From: an uncultured Chthonomonadaceae bacterium | Lineage (GTDB): Bacteria > Armatimonadota > Chthonomonadetes > Chthonomonadales > Chthonomonadaceae | Length of the DNA: 64,000 bases | Assembly: GCA_963817895.1 (NCBI GenBank) | Contig: CAWFQB010000001.1 | Coordinates: 768,001 to 832,000, forward strand | Reading direction: 5' to 3' | Shown: in pieces, positions 1-9,310 of the stretch | Position numbering within the stretch: position 1 is the first letter of the stretch | How the letters are laid out: every line of letters begins with the position of its first letter | Notes under the pieces: model-generated | Seen by the model: only the letters and a program-made list of their open reading frames with translations | Database searches by the model: none | What the model was told of the DNA's origin: nothing | Program-made: the position numbers and the translations under genes

Positions 1-1349
1 CGGGCGGCGGCAATCTGCGCGTCACCCTCCAGCACTTCCGGGCGCGTGGCAAGCGCTTCTTTCAGCAGGGGCGCGAATTCGGGGCCGAGCGTCAACGCCT
101 GATCTATCACCGTATCCGGGCGGGGCGCGGTCAAATTTACATTCTGTGCCGCAATGGTTTCCGGCAGGGGCGCGTTCGGGATGGCCCCGCTCCCTGTGCC
201 GGAGGGCGGCACGTCGCTTTGTGGCGTCAGGGGCGTCACGGTCGGCGGAAGGACACCCGGCGGCTCCGCAACCGCGTCGCGATCCGAAATGCGCAGGGGC
301 GTGGTCACATCAATACCGATAGCGTTGTTGAGGTAGCCGGTATTCAGGCTCACGCCGTTACGCGCCTGTATCACCAGTTTTTGCGCGTTTGCCACATCGG
401 TTTGCGCCCGTACCACATCGAAATACGCCACCGTTTGTGTCTGGTAGCGCGTGTTGGCGAACTTCAGCCTGTCCAGCGAGTTTTGCAGGTTTTCGGTCGC
501 CACTCCCACAAGAGCTTCGGAGCGCAGAACGCTGTAAAACGCCCCCTTCACATTGTACACAATCTGGTTACGCGCCCGGTTGATGTCTAATCGAGTCGCC
601 ACTTCCTGAAACTGCGCCTGACTTGTCGCCGCCCGCAACGCGCCCGAAATATCGAACGGAATGGCAGCTACCGAAGTTCCCCCCGGCTGAAGCGAGTTGG
701 CAAGAAAGGTTGGGCCGACGGAAACGCCGACATTGGGATTCAGCGCGGCGCGGGTTTCCGAGGTTCGCCCCTCCGCCCGGTACAAAGCCGTCGTGGAAAG
801 CGCCAGTTGCGGGTTGGTTGCAAGCGCGATCCCTACAGCGTCGTTGAGGGTCAGTGGCTGCTCTGACAAACGGGCGGCCAGATCAATCAGCGCGGGCAAC
901 GTGGCGGCGGGTTTGTCCGGGCGCGACGGCGGAAAAGCCGCAGGCGGAACAGGCGTTTGCAATCCGGTCGGCGGCGCGTCCTGCGGCAGCAGCGTGACGC
1001 CCAGTGGCGGCGAACCACCCTGCTTTTCCGGTTTCGTATCTGATTTAACATCCGGCTTCGCGCCCTGCTTTGTGTCCGGCTGCGTATTTGCGGGGACGGT
1101 TTGCGCGCTGACGGCATTTGCAGCAAAGCACATCAGGAACAGCGTGTATGTCAGGCCAGGCGTTGAAAACGCCTGTCTGAATGGCCTGCGGCCAAGCGTC
1201 CTACGGACGCAAATCTGTGTGTACAATGTCCTGCGTCCGTAGGACGCTTGGCCGCAGGCCACATAGACGGGTACTTTCAGTACCCGGAACAATGTGCCTG
1301 GCAGCGTACCCGTTTCCCCTCTTCTCTTGTTCGCGTTTCTACCTGTCAC
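1..1349 (-). CDS. TolC-family outer-membrane efflux protein (3' end runs off the window; start uncertain)
   Basis: Absent from the ORF track. My translation of the minus frame is open from GTG 1349 to the window edge: signal-like LTYTLFLMCFAANAVSAQ, then LTLNDAVGIALATNPQL, RNQIVYNVKGAFYSVLR, VAYFDVVRAQTDVANAQ and ALATRPEV (OEP repeats). Directly downstream of MFP and RND genes. Confidence 0.85.
   Translation of the reverse strand, partial: MTGRNANKRRGETGTLPGTLFRVLKVPVYVACGQASYGRRTLYTQICVRRTLGRRPFRQAFSTPGLTYTLFLMCFAANAVSAQTVPANTQPDTKQGAKPDVKSDTKPEKQGGSPPLGVTLLPQDAPPTGLQTPVPPAAFPPSRPDKPAATLPALIDLAARLSEQPLTLNDAVGIALATNPQLALSTTALYRAEGRTSETRAALNPNVGVSVGPTFLANSLQPGGTSVAAIPFDISGALRAATSQAQFQEVATRLDINRARNQIVYNVKGAFYSVLRSEALVGVATENLQNSLDRLKFANTRYQTQTVAYFDVVRAQTDVANAQKLVIQARNGVSLNTGYLNNAIGIDVTTPLRISDRDAVAEPPGVLPPTVTPLTPQSDVPPSGTGSGAIPNAPLPETIAAQNVNLTAPRPDTVIDQALTLGPEFAPLLKEALATRPEVLEGDAQIAAA
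1156..1287. repeat. REP/REPIN-like palindromic element, copy A
   Basis: 30-bp perfect IR tggcctgcggccaagcgtcctacggacgca (1182-1211 / 1232-1261), flanked by small hairpins caggcgttgaaaacgcctg and cgggtactttcagtacccg. Related inverted copy at about 37369-37518. Confidence 0.85.
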
Positions 1350-1353
1350 TAAT

Positions 1354-3111
1354 CTACTTTCCATTTGAGACGACATGCACGGGCATGCCCTCCAGTAAAT
1401 CATCGGTGGGGTTTTCCACAAGTGGCTGATTGGCGTTCAAGCCCTGCGTAATTTCCACTTCCTTGCCGTAATCGCGGCCCATGCGCACCGTCTGAAAATG
1501 CAGTTTGTGGTCTTTTGTCACGGTTGCCACGCGCGTCCCCTGCCCGTCGATGATGAGCGTGTCGGCGGGAACCCGCAGCAGCGGTTTGGCCTGCTTGCCT
1601 GTAAACTCCACCTGCGCGTACATGCCCGGTATCAGCGCGTTGTCGGGGTTGGCAAGGCGCACTTCGGTCAGCAGGGTGCGCGAACCCGCGTCCAACGCGC
1701 CCGCCGACCGCGATACCACGCCCGTATAGACTCGCCCCGGCTTCTCCTGAATGGTCACGCGCGCGGTTTGCCCGACCCGGATGGTGTCCATATTTGATTC
1801 GGGAACGTTGACCTGAATACGCAGCATGTCGGTGCGGGCGATCCCGAACAGGCCGGAATGGGGAACCGTGCTGCCCGGATCGTTAGACGCGCTCGAACTG
1901 CTGCCCGCATTGATGAGCGCGCCCGTATCCACGTTGCGGGCGGTAATCACGCCGTTGAACGGGGCCACAATACGCTCGAAACCCTTCAGCGCGGCGTAGC
2001 GGTTGACGCCCGCTTTGCTGGAAGCAATCGTTGCCTCCGACGCCCGGACATTGGCCCAACTCGCCGTGACAGCGGCCTGCATCGCCCGGATGCTGGCCTG
2101 ACTGGACAAAATAGCGGACTGCGCCGCGCCAACTTTCTCCTGCGCTGCGGCAATATCCGCCTGCGCCGCAGCCACATCGCCCTGACGCGAGCCGACGTTT
2201 GCCTGCGCCGCTTCCACATCCGCCTGCGCCAACTCGACATCCGCCTGCGCCCCGGTCACGCTCGACTGCGCGGTTTCAAAAGCGGCCTGCGTCTCGTCCA
2301 GCTCCTGCCCGGATACCGCCCCTCCCTTTGCCAGCTGCTGCCAGCGCTTCCACGTTTTCTCCGCAAGGGCGTAGCGCGTTCGCGCCCGTTCCTGATCAGC
2401 TTTGCGGGCGTTGATTTTTTTGCGGGTCTGCGCCAGCATCGCCTGCGATTGCGACAGCGCGCTTTCCGCTTCCAGTTCTTTGGCTTTGGAATGGGCAAGG
2501 TCGGCGCGGGCGGCTTCCCGATTGGATTGGGCGCGGGCGAGTTCGGCCTGCGCCTGCGCGACATTGGCCTCCAGTCGGGCAACATCGGCCTGCGCCTGCT
2601 CGCCCCCCGCCTGCGATTTCGACGTTTCCGCTTTGGCCTGCATCAGCTGCTCATCCACTTCGGGCGCTTCGATTTCGGCCAGAACCTGCCCCGCTTTCAC
2701 GCGGGAACCGATGTCTACAAACCGATGGCGCAGATAGCCGCCTGTCCGCGCATTGATGGTCGTCTCTTCCACCGCCTGAATGTTGCCGGGTAACACGATT
2801 TCCCCGCCGCCCTTTGTATACTGCGGCAGAACCACGTTAACGGGCGTGACCGTATCGTGTTCCACAACGGCCATTGCGTCGAGTTTCTTTTGCTGTTTCA
2901 GGCGCGGCATAATTCCAAGCGCGAGCAGGCCGCCGACAAGCGCGACACCGGCAGCCGCGCCGACAATCCGCTTGCCCGGACCGGCGGGTGGCTGCTGCGC
3001 CGGATGGTTGCGATGCTTGCTGTGCTGCTGATGCTGCGATTTATGCGCGTCGTGTTCCTCATGGGCGGGCGCGTGGTTTACGGCGTCAGGGGATGCGTGG
3101 GCAGAATTCAT
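1354..3111 (-). CDS. RND periplasmic adaptor (membrane fusion protein) with very long coiled coil
   Basis: N-terminal TM, lipoyl-half motifs INARTGGYL..VDIGSRVKAGQVLAEI and IVAPFNGVITARNVDTG, LIPGMYAQV; His-rich N-terminus. Confidence 0.93.
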   Translation of the reverse strand: MNSAHASPDAVNHAPAHEEHDAHKSQHQQHSKHRNHPAQQPPAGPGKRIVGAAAGVALVGGLLALGIMPRLKQQKKLDAMAVVEHDTVTPVNVVLPQYTKGGGEIVLPGNIQAVEETTINARTGGYLRHRFVDIGSRVKAGQVLAEIEAPEVDEQLMQAKAETSKSQAGGEQAQADVARLEANVAQAQAELARAQSNREAARADLAHSKAKELEAESALSQSQAMLAQTRKKINARKADQERARTRYALAEKTWKRWQQLAKGGAVSGQELDETQAAFETAQSSVTGAQADVELAQADVEAAQANVGSRQGDVAAAQADIAAAQEKVGAAQSAILSSQASIRAMQAAVTASWANVRASEATIASSKAGVNRYAALKGFERIVAPFNGVITARNVDTGALINAGSSSSASNDPGSTVPHSGLFGIARTDMLRIQVNVPESNMDTIRVGQTARVTIQEKPGRVYTGVVSRSAGALDAGSRTLLTEVRLANPDNALIPGMYAQVEFTGKQAKPLLRVPADTLIIDGQGTRVATVTKDHKLHFQTVRMGRDYGKEVEITQGLNANQPLVENPTDDLLEGMPVHVVSNGK

Positions 3112-3143
3112 ACGTTTTTCCTATAATCGCAATCTGTACAGGT

Positions 3144-6100
3144 TTATGGCAAGGGCGCGGCGGCAGGTTCTGTGACCATAAACGGGGGCTTGCGCCGCAA
3201 AATGCTGTAAATCACCGGCACGAACAGCAGCGTGGAGACGGTTGCCAGTATCAGGCCGCCGATAACGGCGCGACCGAGCGGCGCGTTTTGCTCGCCGCCC
3301 TCGCCCAATCCCATTGCCATCGGCATCATTCCCAAAATCATGGCGAGCGCGGTCATCAGGACGGGGCGCAGGCGCGTACAGCCTGCCGCCATTGCCGCCG
3401 TCAGCGCGGTATCGCCCTCCAACTGCCGGTCATTGGCGAATGTCACGACAAGAATACTGTTGGCGGTGGAAACGCCGATACACATGATCGCGCCCATGAG
3501 CGCGGGGACGCTGAAAACCGTATGCGTGATGAACAGCATCCAGATAATGCCGCACAATGCGCCGGGAAGGGCGCTAATGATAATCAGCGGGTCTACGAGC
3601 GACTGGTAATTGACCACCATGAGCAGGTAAATGAAGATGATAGAAAACAGCAGCCCCATGCCAAGCCCGATAAACGAGGTTGTCATGCTTTCCACCTGCC
3701 CGCGCACTACAAGGGATGTGCCTTTGGGCAAATGCGGCTGCATCTGTTTCAAGACCGCGTTGATGTCGCGGGACACGCCGCCCAGATCGCGATCCTGCAC
3801 GTTGGCGTAAATGTCGTAAGTGGGCTGTACATTGTAGTGGTTGATAACTTCGCTGGTCTTGCGCCGCTGCAAAACCGCCAGATTGCTCAACAATTGGGGT
3901 GTCCGCCCGCCGCTTGCCGTTACGGACGTGCTTTGCAGCGTGTCCACGCTGTTCAGGCGGTACTGCGGCGTTTGCACGGCAACCAGATAGCTGACGCCGT
4001 TTTTGGGGTCGAGCCAGTAGTTGGGGAACGTTTGCCCGCTGGACGCGAGCGAAATCAGCAGGTTGTTGGCAACATCGCGCTGTGTCATGCCGAACGCCTG
4101 CGCGCGTTCGCGGTTCACATTCACGCGCAATTCCGGCATATCCACGACCTGATGAATATGCGTGTCCGCCGCGCCCGGAATACGCCGGACACGGGCCGCG
4201 ATCTGTTCGGCAAGCGCGAAGTTGGCCGGGTCGCGTCCCGTCACCTGAATGTCAATGGGCGCGGGCAGGCCGAAGTTCAAAATCTGGCTGGTAATGTCGG
4301 CGGGCTGAAAGAAAAACGTCAGTTCGGGAAACTGCTGCGGCAATTGGCGGCGCAGTCCCTCGATAATATCCGCCGTCGGGCCGTGACCCTCCTTCAGCGT
4401 AATCAGAATCTCGCCGTCCGAAGGCCCGATGCTTCCGGTCGTGCTGTACGCGAAGTTGACGCCGCCCACAGGCAGGCCGATGTTATCCAGTGTCAAATCC
4501 AGTTGATCGGCGGGAATGGATTTTCGGATCGCGCTTTCCACCCGCGAAAACAGCCGCTCCGTTTCCTCAATGCGCGTTCCGGCAGGCGCGCGAACGTGCA
4601 GCCGGAATTGTCCCGCGTCTACGGACGGGAAAAAGTCCTGCCCGATGAACGGCAGCAGACACGCCGACCCGACAAACAGCAGCGCGTACAGCGCCAGAAT
4701 CCCCACTCGATTCGCCAACGCCGCCCGCAGTTTCTTCCGATACCACCCCAAAAACACATCAAAGAACCGATTGAAAATTTGATGGACGCGCCATACAAGG
4801 TCGCCAGAGGGGGTGTTGGGCAGGGATGAGGGATGAGGGATGAGGGATGAAGTCTCCTCTTCTCCTTTTCTCCTTTTCTCCTTTTCTTCTGTCTTCTCCC
4901 CTTCTGAATTTTCGTGTCCATGCGCGTGAAGATGGACTTCCTTGCCCAAAAGCAGGTTGCACATCACGGGAATGTAGGTGCGCGACAGGACGAACGAGGC
5001 GATCATGGCGTACACGACGGCGAGAGCAAGGGGCTTGAACAGGGAACCCGCCGCGCCGCTGAGGAATAGAATCGGCACGAACACGATACAAATGGCGAGC
5101 GTGGCGACAAGGGAGGGCGCGGCGATCTGCTGGCCTCCCTCCACAATGGCGTGAAACAGAGTCTTGCCCATTCCCAGATTGCGGTAGATGTTTTCGATGG
5201 CGACAATGGCGTTGTCCACGAGGATGCCGACGGCAAGGGCGAGTCCGCCCAATGTCATCACGTTCATCGTTTGCCCGGTCGCGCCTAAAATCACAATCGA
5301 ACACAAAATAGCGAGCGGAATGGACGTGGCGACAATCAGGGTGCTGCGCCAACTGCCCAAAAACAGCAGAATCATCAGCGCGGTCAGGGCGGCGGCAATC
5401 ACGCCCTCGCGCACAACGCCGTTGACGGACGCCCGCACGAAAAAAGACTGGTCGGAGAGAATATCCACGTTCAAACCGGGCGGCAGGGTAGACTTGATTT
5501 TAGGAAGCACGGCTCGGACACCGTCCACGACATTGAGCGTACTGGCGTTGCCGCTTTTCAGAATCGTAAGCAAGACCGAGCGCCTGCCGTCAATGTTGAC
5601 GATGTTCGTTTGTACCGCGAAGCCGTCATGCACCTGCGCCACGTCGCGCACATATACCATTGCGCCATTTACCTGCTTGATGGGCAGGCCGTTGAGCAGG
5701 TTGATGGCGTCGGGGCTGCTGTTCAGGCTGACCGTGTATTCGCGGCTGCCCATTTTGGCCGTGCCGGAGGGCAAAATTAAATTCTGCGCGCTGATAGCCG
5801 CGCTCACATCGTAGGCCGTCAACCCCTTTGCCTGAAGCGCCTGCGGGTCCAAATCCACCATGATCTGGCGCGGCTTGCCGCCGTACGGCGAGGGCGTGGA
5901 CGCGCCGCGAACCGTCGCAAGCTGCGTACGCACAAAGTTCTGCGCGTAATCGTAAATCTGCGACTCGGACATGGTTTTGCTGCTGACGCCAAGCTGCAAA
6001 ATGGGGACGCTGGACGCGCTGTACTGAATAATCAGGGGCGGCGTGATACCGGGCGGCAGGGTTTTGAGCAGAGTTTGACTGGTAGCCGTAAGCTGCGCGA

Positions 6101-6416
6101 CAGCGGCCTCCACTTTCGCGCCGGGCTGAAAGAACAGCTTGATAACGCTCACGCCCGGCATGGACTGCGATTCGATGTGTTCAATGTCGTTGACGCTGGT
6201 GGTGTACGAGCGTTCGGCAGTGGTCACGATCCGCTTTTCCATGTCGTTGGGCGACGCGCCGCTGTAGGCCCAGATCACGCTGGCGACGGGAATGTCAATG
6301 TTGGGAAAAACATCCGTAGGCGTACTCTGGACGCTGACCACGCCGATAATCACGATCAGCACCGCCATGACAAGAAAGGTGTAGGGTCGGCGCAGGGCCG
6401 TTTCAACGATAGACAT
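3144..6416 (-). CDS. RND efflux permease (AcrB/CusA/NolG-like)
   Basis: About 1090 aa. MSIVETALRRPYTF start, DVFPNIDIPV, GILVDNAIVAIENI, RLRPVLMTALAMILGMMP, APLGRAVIGG. Confidence 0.96.
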   Translation of the reverse strand: MSIVETALRRPYTFLVMAVLIVIIGVVSVQSTPTDVFPNIDIPVASVIWAYSGASPNDMEKRIVTTAERSYTTSVNDIEHIESQSMPGVSVIKLFFQPGAKVEAAVAQLTATSQTLLKTLPPGITPPLIIQYSASSVPILQLGVSSKTMSESQIYDYAQNFVRTQLATVRGASTPSPYGGKPRQIMVDLDPQALQAKGLTAYDVSAAISAQNLILPSGTAKMGSREYTVSLNSSPDAINLLNGLPIKQVNGAMVYVRDVAQVHDGFAVQTNIVNIDGRRSVLLTILKSGNASTLNVVDGVRAVLPKIKSTLPPGLNVDILSDQSFFVRASVNGVVREGVIAAALTALMILLFLGSWRSTLIVATSIPLAILCSIVILGATGQTMNVMTLGGLALAVGILVDNAIVAIENIYRNLGMGKTLFHAIVEGGQQIAAPSLVATLAICIVFVPILFLSGAAGSLFKPLALAVVYAMIASFVLSRTYIPVMCNLLLGKEVHLHAHGHENSEGEKTEEKEKRRKGEEETSSLIPHPSSLPNTPSGDLVWRVHQIFNRFFDVFLGWYRKKLRAALANRVGILALYALLFVGSACLLPFIGQDFFPSVDAGQFRLHVRAPAGTRIEETERLFSRVESAIRKSIPADQLDLTLDNIGLPVGGVNFAYSTTGSIGPSDGEILITLKEGHGPTADIIEGLRRQLPQQFPELTFFFQPADITSQILNFGLPAPIDIQVTGRDPANFALAEQIAARVRRIPGAADTHIHQVVDMPELRVNVNRERAQAFGMTQRDVANNLLISLASSGQTFPNYWLDPKNGVSYLVAVQTPQYRLNSVDTLQSTSVTASGGRTPQLLSNLAVLQRRKTSEVINHYNVQPTYDIYANVQDRDLGGVSRDINAVLKQMQPHLPKGTSLVVRGQVESMTTSFIGLGMGLLFSIIFIYLLMVVNYQSLVDPLIIISALPGALCGIIWMLFITHTVFSVPALMGAIMCIGVSTANSILVVTFANDRQLEGDTALTAAMAAGCTRLRPVLMTALAMILGMMPMAMGLGEGGEQNAPLGRAVIGGLILATVSTLLFVPVIYSILRRKPPFMVTEPAAAPLP
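4822..4900. repeat. Heptamer tandem repeats inside the RND coding frame
   Basis: (agggatg)x4 followed by ttctcct-type units; encodes EKTEEKEKRRKGEEETSSLIPHPSSL in the central linker. Confidence 0.85.
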
Positions 6417-6686
6417 AGGTGTTTCAGGTAAACAGGGTTTCAGGTAAATAAGTAAATAACCCAAGTTGCTACCTTAAACCGTGTTTGAGATAGCGGCGTA
6501 CCAAAAGTAGCTCTTTGCGCCTGTAGCTTCGAGATTGAGAAATCAAGGTAGCAACTTGGGTTAAATAGGGTGAGCGTCGTCAACAATACAGAGGCAGGCG
6601 TGAATGTTTTTGCCTGCCGCAAGTAAGGGCAATTCTTCTTGCCCGAAAAGTTCCGACAGGGAAAACTTTTTTGCGCGTTGCCCATA

Positions 6687-6787
6687 TTCGTCTTGAACCA
6701 TGATTTATGTGATTAACGGATTACCATGATTGTGCCGGTCTTCATCATGGTAGTCCTGAAATCATCAAAATCATGGTTCAAGACGAA
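6687..6787. repeat. 100-bp palindromic element between the divergent RND and ECF operons
   Basis: 20-bp perfect IR ttcgtcttgaaccatgattt / aaatcatggttcaagacgaa, plus inner IR ggattaccatgat / atcatggtagtcc. Confidence 0.85.
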
Positions 6788-6934
6788 GCGCGTATTTTCT
6801 TTTTGCGGCAGGGAACTTTCCACGCCTGCCGGTACGCCAATACAAGCAGAACGCGAAAACACCGTTTGAGTAACCGCGCGCATCATACTGTCAACGATGT
6901 CAGCGATTGTTTGCTTCGGAGAGCGTCATCTGTT

Positions 6935-7573
6935 ATGGCTGTGGAAAATATCTTACAGGCCGCCAAAACCGCATTTACCGAGTCCCCGATGAGGCTGAAG
7001 CTACTCGCGCGCAGGCGCGGCGTAACCGAAACGCGCAACGAGCAGGCCACGTTCGAGGCGCTGATTGACGGCTGCTGGGACGCGCTGTGGCGCTACGCCT
7101 ACCACACCACCGGAAACGCGGAAGAAGCGGAAGACCTGCTGAGTGAAACCCTGCTGGAAGGCTTTCGCAGTTTCGCGCAGTTTCGCGGCGATACCCAATT
7201 CGTTCGCTGGATGTACCGCGTGATGACAACCACGCGCATTGACATGACCCGCCGCGCCGCCCGCCGTAAAACCGAGAGTCTGGACGCGATGCAGGCAAAG
7301 TCATCGGGCGGTGAGGAAGCGTTAGCGGATGGGGAAGCAAACCCGGAAGCGATTATTGTCGGCTCGATGCTTTCCGAGCCGGTGCAGCAGGCGCTGGCCG
7401 GATTGTCCGAAGAGTACCGGGCGGTAGTGGTTCTGGCGGATATGGAACAAATGGATTATGCCGATGTCAGCCGCATCCTACAAATCCCGGTGGGTACGGT
7501 GCGTTCGCGCCTGCACAGAGCGCGCGCCAATCTGCGTCAATCGCTGGCCGCGTATGTGGAAGATTGTTGGTAA
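6935..7573 (+). CDS. ECF sigma-70 factor (RpoE-like)
   Basis: Region 2 AEEAEDLLSETLLEGFRSFAQFRGDTQFVRWMYRV, region 4 LSEEYRAVVVL..MDYADVSRILQIPVGTVRSRLHRAR. Start moved from 6773, which lies inside a repeat. Confidence 0.95.
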   Translation: MAVENILQAAKTAFTESPMRLKLLARRRGVTETRNEQATFEALIDGCWDALWRYAYHTTGNAEEAEDLLSETLLEGFRSFAQFRGDTQFVRWMYRVMTTTRIDMTRRAARRKTESLDAMQAKSSGGEEALADGEANPEAIIVGSMLSEPVQQALAGLSEEYRAVVVLADMEQMDYADVSRILQIPVGTVRSRLHRARANLRQSLAAYVEDCW

Positions 7574-7628
7574 GGCGTTTGCAAAAAGATAAACGTTCCA
7601 GTCCGCGCAGGGGAGGACATAACATGTT

Positions 7629-8246
7629 ATGTCCCTACGTTATCACAGTCGCGAGAGAAAATTGAAACAGGTTCTTATGGACACAGGCAGGAAGCAGGAC
7701 ATGGACATACATGAGCGCGTGATGGCGCATCTCAATGACTTCTTAGATGGAACGATGGGGGCGGCGCAGGCGCAGGAACTGAACGCGCATTTGCAGGACT
7801 GCGCCGATTGCCGTCGGGAATACCGCGCCCTGAAAGCCACGCAGGAGTTGGTTCGCCATGCGCCTGTCGCGGACGGCAGCAAAGCGCAAACCCGCGTGAT
7901 GGCGCGTTTCCGGCAGGCCGTTGCCGCGCCCGTTGCAAATCCCGCGCCCGCTCGTGTCGCGTTTCCCATGCGGCGCGCGCTTCCGCTTGGCGCGGCAATG
8001 ATGACGGCAGGCGCGTTGTGCGTGGTTATGCTGCCGCACCTGTACCCCGCCGCTGCGCCTGTTACACTGCCCGACACTCCGATTCTGCTGGCGACGGCTG
8101 CCTGTACGCCCAATCTGCCGACCCCCGACGCGCTGGATCAGATGACTTCGGCCCATGCGGTGCAGAGTTTCACTATTCAGAACGGCAGCGTGGAATTGCA
8201 GCGGGAAACGCTGGCGGATGTGAATTCTCGCCTGTCCTCACATTAG
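7629..8246 (+). CDS. Zinc-binding (ZAS, zf-HC2) membrane anti-sigma factor
   Basis: HLQDCADC (HxxxCxxC), LNDFLDG, one TM; follows the ECF sigma. True start probably downstream (MDTGRK or MDIHER). Confidence 0.88.
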   Translation: MSLRYHSRERKLKQVLMDTGRKQDMDIHERVMAHLNDFLDGTMGAAQAQELNAHLQDCADCRREYRALKATQELVRHAPVADGSKAQTRVMARFRQAVAAPVANPAPARVAFPMRRALPLGAAMMTAGALCVVMLPHLYPAAAPVTLPDTPILLATAACTPNLPTPDALDQMTSAHAVQSFTIQNGSVELQRETLADVNSRLSSH

Positions 8247-8269
8247 GAAATTTACACGAATATTCCAAC

Positions 8270-9310
8270 ATGAAGATTTGGCCTTACATTTTAACTGCGG
8301 TTCTGGTGGCTGGCGCGGTGGCTGTGTGGCGCGGCGCGGTTGTGATGCGGCAGCGCAGCCCGCGCGGGATTTTTCACGCTTCCATTACGCGGGGGGCGGA
8401 TGTGCCGATGCGCGCCGACCTGACAATGACATGGCGTAAGCACGGGCAGACTTTTACCACGCAGGCGCATGTCACGCAGGGCGCAAAGGGGCGCTACCGC
8501 ATGGAGTACACGTTCCCCGCCGACACGAGCGGCAGGATCGTGTATTCGGACGGAAACACCCAATGGCAGGTGGAACCGAACCGGAACCTGCTTGCCGCGA
8601 CCGATTTGATCCCGGAGAGTGAGCAGAACGGGCGCGATACGGAGGATTTATTAACGCAAAACTATCGCATCGCCCTGGTTTCCGATGAGGAGAAGATTGC
8701 GGGACGGCGCGCTTACCTGCTGGAACTGTTGCCGCGTCAGGAGGGGAAAAGCAGCCAGAAACGCTGGATAGACCGGGAAACCCTCAAGACCCTGCGCATC
8801 GAAACGCACTACCCGGATGGTATTCTCGCCCGAATGATCGCCTACAGTGTGGTCGCTCTGCCCGCGCAGGTTACGCCGTCCGACTTCGCGCCGCCTGCAA
8901 ACCTGAAACTGCGGCGCGTGACGGCTTCCGGCACATCCCCAACATTCGCAACGCGCAATACGGACGTGTCGGCGCGCGGGTTGGGACTGCATATGGAGGG
9001 CGCATTGGGGTTCCGGCTCACGCAAATCGCTTCCAGTCCCGTTGAATCCGCAAAAACGGCGCACCTGCTGTACAGCGATGGCATTGAATCGGTTTCCGTT
9101 TTCGTTCAAAACGGCGGCGCGCCCGCCCTTGCCAACGCCCCCGGCTGGCATAGCGTCACCCTCAACGGCAAGCCCGCGTTCGAGAACCTTGACGGGCATC
9201 TGGACGCGATTGTCTGGACGCAGGGCAAATACCGCTATACCGCCGTGTCTCATCTGGGACCAAAAGCGCTGCAAAATTTTGTAGGCAGCCAGATGGCGGC
9301 AGGTCAATAG
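8270..9310 (+). CDS. MucB/RseB-like sigma-E regulatory protein (LolA-like fold)
   Basis: N-terminal anchor; LLTQNYRI..EEKIAGRRAYLLELLPR..KRWIDRETLKTLR; HLLYSDGIESVSVF. Third gene of the rpoE-rseA-rseB arrangement. Confidence 0.88.
   Translation: MKIWPYILTAVLVAGAVAVWRGAVVMRQRSPRGIFHASITRGADVPMRADLTMTWRKHGQTFTTQAHVTQGAKGRYRMEYTFPADTSGRIVYSDGNTQWQVEPNRNLLAATDLIPESEQNGRDTEDLLTQNYRIALVSDEEKIAGRRAYLLELLPRQEGKSSQKRWIDRETLKTLRIETHYPDGILARMIAYSVVALPAQVTPSDFAPPANLKLRRVTASGTSPTFATRNTDVSARGLGLHMEGALGFRLTQIASSPVESAKTAHLLYSDGIESVSVFVQNGGAPALANAPGWHSVTLNGKPAFENLDGHLDAIVWTQGKYRYTAVSHLGPKALQNFVGSQMAAGQ

Noticed and set aside
2988..4829. 613-aa plus-strand ORF and other long antisense ORFs (1858..2793, 34532..35824, 38911..40158, 51159..52742, 57594..59189, 61705..63201)
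   Set aside because: Shadow ORFs opposite well-supported genes, expected in GC-rich DNA; no recognisable motifs.
7808..8269. 154-aa N-terminal extension of the RseB-like ORF
   Set aside because: Overlaps the anti-sigma gene in another frame; the membrane anchor begins at ATG 8270.
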